A stretch of DNA of 12,339 nt, taken from NCBI GenBank assembly GCA_029856435.1, contig JAHQXB010000091.1, positions 1-12,339 of the forward strand, read 5' to 3'. Source of the stretch: Candidatus Jordarchaeia archaeon (GTDB lineage: Archaea > Asgardarchaeota > Jordiarchaeia > Jordiarchaeales > Jordiarchaeaceae). Both the position numbers and the translations under genes were made by a program. Numbering within the stretch: position 1 is the stretch's first letter; every line of letters begins with the position of its first letter. The notes beneath the pieces were generated by a model. That model was given only the letters and a program-made list of their open reading frames with translations. It had not been told where the DNA came from and did not search any database. Shown here piece by piece: positions 1 through 6,823 of the stretch.

Positions 1-69
1 TTTTTTGACTGTTTCCAACTCTATTCCAGGGGAGCGGGTAGCGTTTGGAGGGTGGGGAAGCCGAAGAGG

Positions 70-93
70 GTTAACCTATTGGGGTAGGTTAAC
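70..93. repeat. Perfect 9-bp inverted repeat GTTAACCTA-ttgggg-TAGGTTAAC, the core of a larger nested hairpin (~34-123)
   Basis: 70-78 is the reverse complement of 85-93, read directly; outer arms 48-60 and 97-109 also pair apart from one mismatch and two G-U pairs. Confidence 0.6.
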
Positions 94-521
94 ATTCTTA
101 TCCACCCTTGTGATCCGCCGCTAGCTGTAGGAGTTTGGTGGTTTTTCCATTTTTTGTTCCGGAGCCGTTGTCGGTTGGTGCTTTTGTGGCTCTCTGTTTG
201 AGTGGTTCCCCTTTTTTAGGGGTTGTTGCGCTTGGGATGCTGGTGACGTGTGGGTGTACGCTATGTTCTCTGTCTGTTTGTGGGTGTGGGGAAGTTGCTT
301 TATTTCACTTGGTGTCGGTTTTCGAATGCCGGCAAGTTGTGAGTGTTTGTAGTTTGTTCTGTTTGTTCTATTTCTGGATGGTTTGTGTTGTGATGTCTGG
401 TGGTTGTTTTGTCTCTTTTGGGGTTGTAATTGCTCCATGGGCATCCGGGTGTAGATCAGCGTAATTCTATTGAAACACCGCTATTTTAGAACTGTTAGCA
501 TAGGTGGAGAAATGTAGGGGA

Positions 522-627
522 GGTGATGTAGATTCGCCCGATTCTACCCTTCATTTCGAGGTTCTGAATCAGAAAAGAAGCCCTATAAAAGCTTCTTTTG
601 AAGGCGAAATCGAGCGAAACTGCATCT
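522..627. mobile_element. MITE-like ~105-bp element with imperfect inverted ends, copy A
   Basis: Starts GGTGATGTAGA and ends CTGCATC; 525-553 and 599-626 are imperfect inverted arms; aligns by eye end to end with the reverse complement of 1013-1119, including a perfect 16-mer AAAGAAGCCCTATAAA (574-589 vs 1053-1068). Confidence 0.55.
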
Positions 628-695
628 ATGAGACACGAAAACGAATTATTGCGAGTCTAGAACTTTTGAAGGCGAAATCGAGCGAAACTGCATCT
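595..695 (+). repeat. Perfect 33-nt direct repeat (595-627 and 663-695) separated by 35 nt
   Basis: CTTTTGAAGGCGAAATCGAGCGAAACTGCATCT occurs twice identically; it is the right arm of MITE-like copy A. Confidence 0.9.
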
Positions 696-707
696 CCTGT
701 AAGGGAA

Positions 708-934
708 GTGAACTGCCACCCTTTGAAAAGGGTGGCTTCTGGGGTCGAACTTTGAACGCTTCCATGTTCTCTGCCGCATTGCCCCAGTTCCGGGCTGGTT
801 CACGACAGCCCCTACGCCAGACATCGAGCTTGGCACTCATCCGTTGCCGAACGTATTGAAGCCCTTTTCGGGTATCCCAAGCTTCATTCGCACAGCGTGG
901 CTTGGGTTTCTCCGATTGTTCCCTTTGAGGAACA
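708..934 (-). ncRNA. IS200/IS605-family right end / TnpB omegaRNA-like scaffold with no tnpB ORF
   Basis: Minus strand ends ...GAAGCCACCCTTTTCAAAGGGTGGCAGTTCAC: a 9-bp subterminal hairpin (715-723/728-736) plus terminal TTCAC, as typical of IS200/IS605 right ends. Hairpin 792-797/806-811 exposes a loop (GUGAAC on the minus strand) complementary to the terminal GUUCAC, which can form a pseudoknot. Further stems at 876-882/900-906 and 917-922/929-934. The 5' boundary is uncertain. Confidence 0.65.
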
Positions 935-1010
935 TTTCGATATTCTATTCACTTCGCTAGCTTCCTCAATTCATCAACTGTTTGAAAACGGTGGTCTTCT
1001 TGAGGTGGTC

Positions 1011-1121
1011 TTGGTGATGTAGAATCGTTCGGTTTCGCCTCAAAAAGGGGTGTTTATAGGGCTTCTTTCACGATTTGGAGCCTTATTAGGGAGATGGAGC
1101 CAAATAAATCTGCATCACCAA
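1011..1121. mobile_element. MITE-like 111-bp element, copy B, with 13-bp terminal inverted repeats and a candidate 6-bp target-site duplication
   Basis: TTGGTGATGTAGA (1011-1023) vs TCTGCATCACCAA (1109-1121), 12/13 complementary; flanked on both sides by GTGGTC (1005-1010, 1122-1127); inverted homologue of 522-627. Confidence 0.6.
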
Positions 1122-1219
1122 GTGGTCTTTATAAAAAATTTTAAAAGTCGATGAATGGGTAGACTGCATAATGATTATATGCTGTGAGGATATATTATAA
1201 AAAAAGGAGGTAAAAATGA

Positions 1220-1768
1220 ATGGAAAAAGGCGAGGAACTTACCAGTGCAATAAATAGTACATTCAAAAAATTGCAAGAGAACTTGACCCTAATAGACTTT
1301 GATGAATTCAAAAAGCTTGAAGACTACATCCAGAAAGCAAATAGGATATTCATTACGGGTAAGGGTAGATCTTCTTTTGCGGGTATGATGTTTGCAATGC
1401 GGCTGCTACCCAAGGGTTACAAAGTCTACTTTATAAGCATTGAGATGACGGATCTCATCCCGCCCATAGTGGAGGGGGATTTACTAATAGCCATTTCCGG
1501 AAGTGGAGAGACCAGTGAAGTTTTAAACGTGGCTAAGGCTGCAAAGGAGTCCCATGGAAAAGTCATCGCTATAACTTCTTGGGAGGATTCATCTCTAGCT
1601 AAAATCGCAGATGAGGTTATCAAAATTGTGGGAAGGGAAAAAACCAATCAAAAGAGTTTTCTAGGTATGGGAGTTAGAGGAGTATCTGAACCTCCAAAAG
1701 CTTATTTCGAAATACTATCCACGATAGTATTAGAGTCTTTTGCGACACTGATAAAACCCAAAGGATAA
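1220..1768 (+). CDS. SIS-domain sugar-phosphate isomerase, 6-phospho-3-hexuloisomerase (PHI/HxlB)-like, divergent
   Basis: Motifs IFITGKGRS, FAMRL, GDLLIAISGSGET, KVIAITS, SSLAKIAD; SD GGAGGT at 1206-1211; lacks the usual C-terminal ...RHxNLE tail. Confidence 0.85.
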   Translation: MEKGEELTSAINSTFKKLQENLTLIDFDEFKKLEDYIQKANRIFITGKGRSSFAGMMFAMRLLPKGYKVYFISIEMTDLIPPIVEGDLLIAISGSGETSEVLNVAKAAKESHGKVIAITSWEDSSLAKIADEVIKIVGREKTNQKSFLGMGVRGVSEPPKAYFEILSTIVLESFATLIKPKG

Positions 1769-1808
1769 AAACCAGTAAATTTTTGTAAAATTCTTTGGCA
1801 TTTTGAAC

Positions 1809-1831
1809 TCCCACCTAGCGATTTGGTGGGA
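1809..1831. terminator. Hairpin between convergent genes, possible terminator or 3' stabiliser
   Basis: TCCCACC (1809-1815) pairs with GGTGGGA (1825-1831); lies in the 137-bp gap between the converging SIS and nucleotidyltransferase genes. Confidence 0.3.
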
Positions 1832-1905
1832 AACCTATGTTCATAAAAATCTTCCTATTCGTGCAAAAACTGATTGAAAAATTTCTTAAGGGTATAATGT
1901 TTGAT

Positions 1906-4428
1906 TTATGCCTTGTATGTGCTTTTTTCGATTTCCATGAGGATTTCTTGTATTTCTTTGGTGTAGTTTTTGATGAGTTCTTTAGCCTTAGACTCAGTTT
2001 GCGCTTCTACAAAAATGTCGAATACGGATTCTTCTGAGGAGGGACGGATTAGAACCCAGCCCTTGTCGAGGTAGATTTTTATTCCGTCGATTGTGTCGAA
2101 GGATTCCCCCTCAGCATTCTCCAAGATTGTTCTCATAATTACACCGCGATGCTGAAGTGGAGTTGGTATGGATTCCTTCATAGTGTAAAATCTGGGAATA
2201 TCTCCTATAATTTCTGATAGGGATCGTCCAGTTCTCGCCAGGAATTCTGTGAGTTTAGCGACACTTATTACCCCATCCCTGAATGGGCGTATTTGAGGAA
2301 AGATGAAGCCACCGGTCTCATCCCCTCCAAACACTGCCTTATGTCTTATAACGGCTTCTGCTAGGGGCCTTAGTCCCAACTTGGTTCTAATCACCTCTCC
2401 CTGATGTTCAGAAACCAAAATATCCACTATCTGACTGGTACTGATGGGAACCACTATCTTGCTTCCCGTTCCAAATTCCATTAGAGCAGCTAGGGCTAGA
2501 AGAGCCACTGAAGTGTCACCACTCACCACTTCCCCCCTCTCATCTACAAATAACACCCTATCAGCATCACTATCAAAAGTGGCTCCCAAATCTGCGTCAA
2601 GGGCTTTAACAGTCTTACTAAGAGTGTGGAGAGAATTTGGGGTGGAGGGTAGAGTTCTTCTGGGGGTGGACTCTCCAAAGGAAACGTTAATTGCGATTAC
2701 TTCGCATCCTAGGTCTCTAAGGAATGTTGGCGCAATCATGGAACTGCTGCCATCAGCACAGTCTATTACTATACGCGTTTTGGCGGAAGAAAGCAGTTTG
2801 GTGTTTAGATAGTTCCTTGAGGTTTCCAGGTAGGATTCCACGAAGCGGGTGGGGTAAAGTATATCACCTACATCCACTGATTTGCTTCTCCTCAAAGCTT
2901 CTTTGAAGAATATGTCCTCCACTTTTTTCTGCTCTGTCTCATTCAGATCAATTCCTTCTGAGTCAAACAGTCTGACATTTATTACATTCTCGTTTTCTCG
3001 GGGAACGCTTATTGAAACTCCCCCCCGCGCATTATTGGCCTTCACAGCCTCCTCAATCAGTGGAGTGGGCAAAACTCTGAGATTGAATACATTCACACCC
3101 GCAGATTGAAGTCCTGCTATCATTGCCCTCTTAATCATCCGAGATATGAGATAAGTGTCCCTACCCACCACCACACTGGAACCCTCACCCAGATAGGTAC
3201 CGAAAGCTGCACCCAGCTTGGTGGCGAACTCTGGAGTGATTTCCAAGTTGGCAAGACCGGAAATACCATAATCTCCGAAGAGGCTTTTCTTCCACATAAC
3301 TCCCCATATAACATTCATGTTCACAATGCTGTTCTTCTGGATTAACTTGTCGGGCCAGATTAGAATGTTTTCCTGTACCAGACTCTCTGGACCCAAGATA
3401 CAGTCATCACCAATAATGGCTCCATCGAGCACCTTACTCTTCTCACCCACCTCACATCTTGAGCCAACCACACAGGAGCGAAGCGACGCTGATTTGTGAA
3501 TGGAGGTGTTATTCCAAACAACGGAGCGACTAATGTGGGCTTCCTCACCCACATAGCAACCAGCTCCCAACACACTAAAGCGGTCAATAACTGCCCCCCT
3601 ACTTAAACGGCAGAAGTCACCAATCACCGCAGGCGGATAAATCTCACAATCCTCAGACACCTTAACGTTTTCTCCTATCCACAAACTGTCCTTAGACTTC
3701 TTATAGGGAAGGGCAATTTTTAGAGAACCCTTAAGAACATCATAGTTAGCCTCAAGATACTTTTGGGGAGTCCCTATATCCATCCAATAATTATTAATTC
3801 TATATCCAAACAATTTTTGACTGTTAGAAACCATTTTTGGAAAAACGTCCTTGCTGAAATCGTACTCCCTATTCTCCGGAATTAGTTCCAAAACCTCTGG
3901 CTCTATAACATAATATCCAGCATTTATAATATCACTAAAAACTTCGCCCCAACCCGGTTTCTCAAGGAAGCGTGTTATGAAGCCATCTTCATCTTGGAAA
4001 ACAATGCCAAACGCCGTGGGACTGACGGATCTAGTCAAAGCAATTGAGGCCGAAGCCCCACTCCTGCGATGCATATTTAGAAAATCAGACAAGTTAATGT
4101 CGGTTAACACGTCGCCGCTAGCAACAATAAAAGTATCTGAAATGAATCTTTGAGCATGCTTAACTGCCCCCGCAGTACCCAGGGGAGTCTCCTCATAAGA
4201 ATAAGTCAGGTTAACTCCCAGCCTTGAACCATCCCCAAAATATTCCTCAAACTTCTCACTCAGGTAGCCCAAAGAAATGATAATGTCCTTGACACCATAC
4301 TTTTTCAGAAGCCTTATGGTATACTCCATTATGGGAATACCGCCCACAGGAACCAAGGGCTTGGGAGTGTTCACCGTTAAGGGCCTAAGTCGTGTACCCT
4401 TACCTCCAGCCAAAATAACCGCCTGCAT
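1906..4428 (-). CDS. Sugar-1-phosphate (mannose-1-P guanylyl-type) nucleotidyltransferase + left-handed beta-helix + phosphomannomutase-like fusion
   Basis: N-terminal AVILAGGKGTRLRPLT..PKPL, EETPLGTAG, FLEKP and WMDIGT motifs; hexapeptide-repeat middle region; C-terminal PMM/PGM fold (LFGDYGISG, VVGRDT, FDSDADR, GDETGG, GWVLIRPS). ATG at 4428 is preferred over TTG at 4437 because SD AGGTG (4443-4439) is 10 nt from the ATG but only 1 nt from the TTG. Confidence 0.92.
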   Translation of the reverse strand: MQAVILAGGKGTRLRPLTVNTPKPLVPVGGIPIMEYTIRLLKKYGVKDIIISLGYLSEKFEEYFGDGSRLGVNLTYSYEETPLGTAGAVKHAQRFISDTFIVASGDVLTDINLSDFLNMHRRSGASASIALTRSVSPTAFGIVFQDEDGFITRFLEKPGWGEVFSDIINAGYYVIEPEVLELIPENREYDFSKDVFPKMVSNSQKLFGYRINNYWMDIGTPQKYLEANYDVLKGSLKIALPYKKSKDSLWIGENVKVSEDCEIYPPAVIGDFCRLSRGAVIDRFSVLGAGCYVGEEAHISRSVVWNNTSIHKSASLRSCVVGSRCEVGEKSKVLDGAIIGDDCILGPESLVQENILIWPDKLIQKNSIVNMNVIWGVMWKKSLFGDYGISGLANLEITPEFATKLGAAFGTYLGEGSSVVVGRDTYLISRMIKRAMIAGLQSAGVNVFNLRVLPTPLIEEAVKANNARGGVSISVPRENENVINVRLFDSEGIDLNETEQKKVEDIFFKEALRRSKSVDVGDILYPTRFVESYLETSRNYLNTKLLSSAKTRIVIDCADGSSSMIAPTFLRDLGCEVIAINVSFGESTPRRTLPSTPNSLHTLSKTVKALDADLGATFDSDADRVLFVDERGEVVSGDTSVALLALAALMEFGTGSKIVVPISTSQIVDILVSEHQGEVIRTKLGLRPLAEAVIRHKAVFGGDETGGFIFPQIRPFRDGVISVAKLTEFLARTGRSLSEIIGDIPRFYTMKESIPTPLQHRGVIMRTILENAEGESFDTIDGIKIYLDKGWVLIRPSSEESVFDIFVEAQTESKAKELIKNYTKEIQEILMEIEKSTYKA

Positions 4429-4614
4429 AAAACTCAAACACCTTTAACTTTTTAATTAACTAAAGACCATACCAATTTTAATTTTTCTCAGAATACATCC
4501 TTCCCCAAAATCTGACTACCAAAAGGTTTAGAGTGTAGGTCGATAGTTATAAGTACCCGTTAGGGCTTGTAATCTAAAATATGCTCAGAGAAAAATTATG
4601 CTGGGTGAAGGATT

Positions 4615-4938
4615 ATGGGTCTAAAAGATTTGCCAGAGAAAGCGTATATACCTCTGGGAAGACGGGGCATGGAAGCATTCAGACTTAGGGAATGTATGAA
4701 ATGCGGAAATGAGAAGGAAGACGACCTCCAACTCTTAGACAGGCAAGACGTGACAGAGAAAGAGGGAAAAAATCTGCTAAACATTAAAACTTATAAAATA
4801 AAATGCAATAAGTGCGGTACAATCTATAAAATAATTATAAAAAGCCTTTATGTGGAGGAACAAACGGAGGAAAATAGGTTAGTCTCCGCAGTCCACTATT
4901 GGGAAAACGGCGAAGAACAGTGGCTAGGAGTATTTTAA
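4615..4938 (+). CDS. Small hypothetical zinc-ribbon protein (CMKC ... CNKC)
   Basis: 107-aa ORF with two CxxC motifs and a SD-like GGGTGA 6 nt upstream; function not recognised. Confidence 0.75.
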   Translation: MGLKDLPEKAYIPLGRRGMEAFRLRECMKCGNEKEDDLQLLDRQDVTEKEGKNLLNIKTYKIKCNKCGTIYKIIIKSLYVEEQTEENRLVSAVHYWENGEEQWLGVF

Positions 4939-5001
4939 AAGAAAAGAAGAGATTAGAAGCGGTGGAGAAGGGGGATAGGCCCACTTCTTAAAGGTGTATC
5001 G

Positions 5002-5025
5002 TTTTTTCTTGAATCTATCTTTTTT
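5002..5025 (+). terminator. Oligo-T tracts, probable archaeal terminator of the zinc-ribbon gene
   Basis: T6 runs at 5002-5007 and 5020-5025, preceded by an imperfect hairpin 4966-4988. Confidence 0.35.
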
Positions 5026-5326
5026 GGTGTTTCAAGTTTTTGGCTGTCATAGTTGTGATAAAGTTTATATTGATTGGGGGCTTCTTCTCCATCGGGCATG
5101 ATGTAGTAAATTACATAAAAATGTCATCAAGTACACCAAGGAGCTGTGAAAAAAGAAAGCCATCACCAAACAATACAACCAAAATCTCCAAACCAGCCAA
5201 ACAACACCTTGAACCAAAAACCCAAAGAAGACCATGATGGTAAAATTGGCAAAATATTAATAAAGAATATCAGTAAATCGTTGTACCGTTCCCCCAAAGC
5301 AACAAACAAGCGTGGAGGAAAAATAA

Positions 5327-6805
5327 TTGAGTTATAACCCAGTAACAAAAGATATAATAACCGCGTTAAAAAGCATCGTCGGAAACGAGTATGTAAACGA
5401 TAGTGTCCCAATGCGCTATGCATACGTGTCAAAAGGAATCATGGGCCTCGAATCCATACCCGCCGAAGTTATAGTACGACCCAGATACGTAGAAGAAGTC
5501 AGAAAAATACTAGTGCTAGCCAACGAGAACAAAATCCCAGTAACACCAGTGGCCGGAGGACTAAGCGGAGGATTCGCCTCACCACTCATATCACCCAGCG
5601 GAATACTACTAGACCTTTCAAGGATGGATCGAATCGTAGAAGTCGACACAGATTGTCGATACATGGTGGTGGAGCCAGGCGTTAGAAGCGGAACAGTGTG
5701 GGCATACTTCAGAAAACACTATCCCGACTGGGCACCACCAGTGCCTGATGGAGCCCCCCCAGCAGCAACAGTTTTGGGTGACGCACTAGAAAGAGGATTT
5801 AGCATGGTCACAGGGAGATACGGCCCACAGGCGGACATGGTGTTGGGAGCAGAAGTGGTTGTTCCAACCGGCGATGTCCTCTACACCGGAAGCTGGGCCT
5901 TACCCGGAGCAAAACCGTTCTATAAATGGGGCTTGGGACCAGACATTGGAGGACTATTTCTGGGAGCACAGGGAACCATGGGAGTGGTCACAAAAGCCGC
6001 AGTAAAAATTGTACCTCACCCGCACTTCAAGACAGTGGTTGCGTATGGAATGGATAATCCCTACGACATGCAGGATGCCACCCTTGAAGTTTCCAAGTAT
6101 GAAATGGGAATCGCTGATCACTGTGTCATGGTTCAAGGAGGGAACTGGCCTCTGGTTATGACGAGGTGGCCTGAGGATAAGGTTCCCAAGGATTATGAGT
6201 TCTATAAGAAGCTTGGCATTTCCGAGTGGTGGATGAACTTCGAGATTTGGGCGCATAGCCAAGAGGAACTGGACTTTGTGTGTAAGCGCATCGATGAAAT
6301 TATGAAGAGTTATGAGTCTAGGACTGGCCACAAGCTGCCGCAGTGGAAGCTTCATCCGAAGCAGATTGCAAGCAGGTTGAAGAAGCCAAACAAGATTGCT
6401 ATTCCCTACTCGCTTTGGAATGCTGGATTCTTATTCATCACGTGGTACACGCCCTGGAAGGATTGCGCCGAATTTGCAGAGATTTACAATGAAAAGATGG
6501 TGGAATACGGTTTCCCACCAGTGATGTGGATTGCAAGCATTGACCACTGCAGGCAGGCTATCTGTATGCCTATTGTGTGCTTCGACGCTTCTAAGCCGGG
6601 TGATGTAGACAAAGTTCAGGAATTGAATCGTGAGACTACTGAGATTTTCTTGGATAAGGGTTGGGTTGAGTATAGGCCTGATCCTTACGTGCATGCTCCC
6701 ATGATGTATAGTAGGGCGAAAACCTATCATGAGTATTTGAAGAAGATTCGGGCGATTTGGGATCCAAACTACATCATGCATCCTGGAAGACTTGCAATTC
6801 CTTAA
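5327..6805 (+). CDS. FAD-binding oxidoreductase (VAO/PCMH-type FAD domain; GlcD/D-lactate dehydrogenase superfamily)
   Basis: Motifs IVRPRYVEEV, PVAGGLSGG, LDLSRMDRIVEVD, VVEPGV, LFLGAQGTMGVVTKA and terminal WDPNYIMHPG; TTG start with SD GGAGG at 5314-5318. Confidence 0.9.
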   Translation: MSYNPVTKDIITALKSIVGNEYVNDSVPMRYAYVSKGIMGLESIPAEVIVRPRYVEEVRKILVLANENKIPVTPVAGGLSGGFASPLISPSGILLDLSRMDRIVEVDTDCRYMVVEPGVRSGTVWAYFRKHYPDWAPPVPDGAPPAATVLGDALERGFSMVTGRYGPQADMVLGAEVVVPTGDVLYTGSWALPGAKPFYKWGLGPDIGGLFLGAQGTMGVVTKAAVKIVPHPHFKTVVAYGMDNPYDMQDATLEVSKYEMGIADHCVMVQGGNWPLVMTRWPEDKVPKDYEFYKKLGISEWWMNFEIWAHSQEELDFVCKRIDEIMKSYESRTGHKLPQWKLHPKQIASRLKKPNKIAIPYSLWNAGFLFITWYTPWKDCAEFAEIYNEKMVEYGFPPVMWIASIDHCRQAICMPIVCFDASKPGDVDKVQELNRETTEIFLDKGWVEYRPDPYVHAPMMYSRAKTYHEYLKKIRAIWDPNYIMHPGRLAIP

Positions 6806-6823
6806 AGGAGGTTAATGTGAAAA

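Noticed and set aside
121-464. ORFs 121..444 (-) and 135..464 (+)
   Set aside because: Low-complexity translations (Q/N/T/K/H-rich or V/C/F/G-rich) explained by the extreme G/T tract; no SD site or recognisable motif.
595-695. CRISPR array call
   Set aside because: Only two repeats, the repeat is part of a MITE-like arm, and no cas genes or leader are present. The isolated ATTGAAAC at 469-476 is not repeated.
504-840. ORFs 504..755 (+) and 646..840 (-)
   Set aside because: They read through the repeats and the omegaRNA-like stems; no transposase or TnpB motifs.
973-977. TTGAT on the minus strand as TAM/left-end boundary of the IS200/IS605-like element
   Set aside because: It matches the ISDra2 target motif, but a 5-mer is expected by chance and the nearest hairpin is ~38 nt away; the left end cannot be supported.
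6815-6820. ATG-TGA start-stop just after the SD of the Fe-S gene (and an out-of-frame ATG at 1216 before the SIS gene)
   Set aside because: Spacing from the SD is short, and such minimal uORFs arise easily in A/T/G-rich spacers; no evidence of function.
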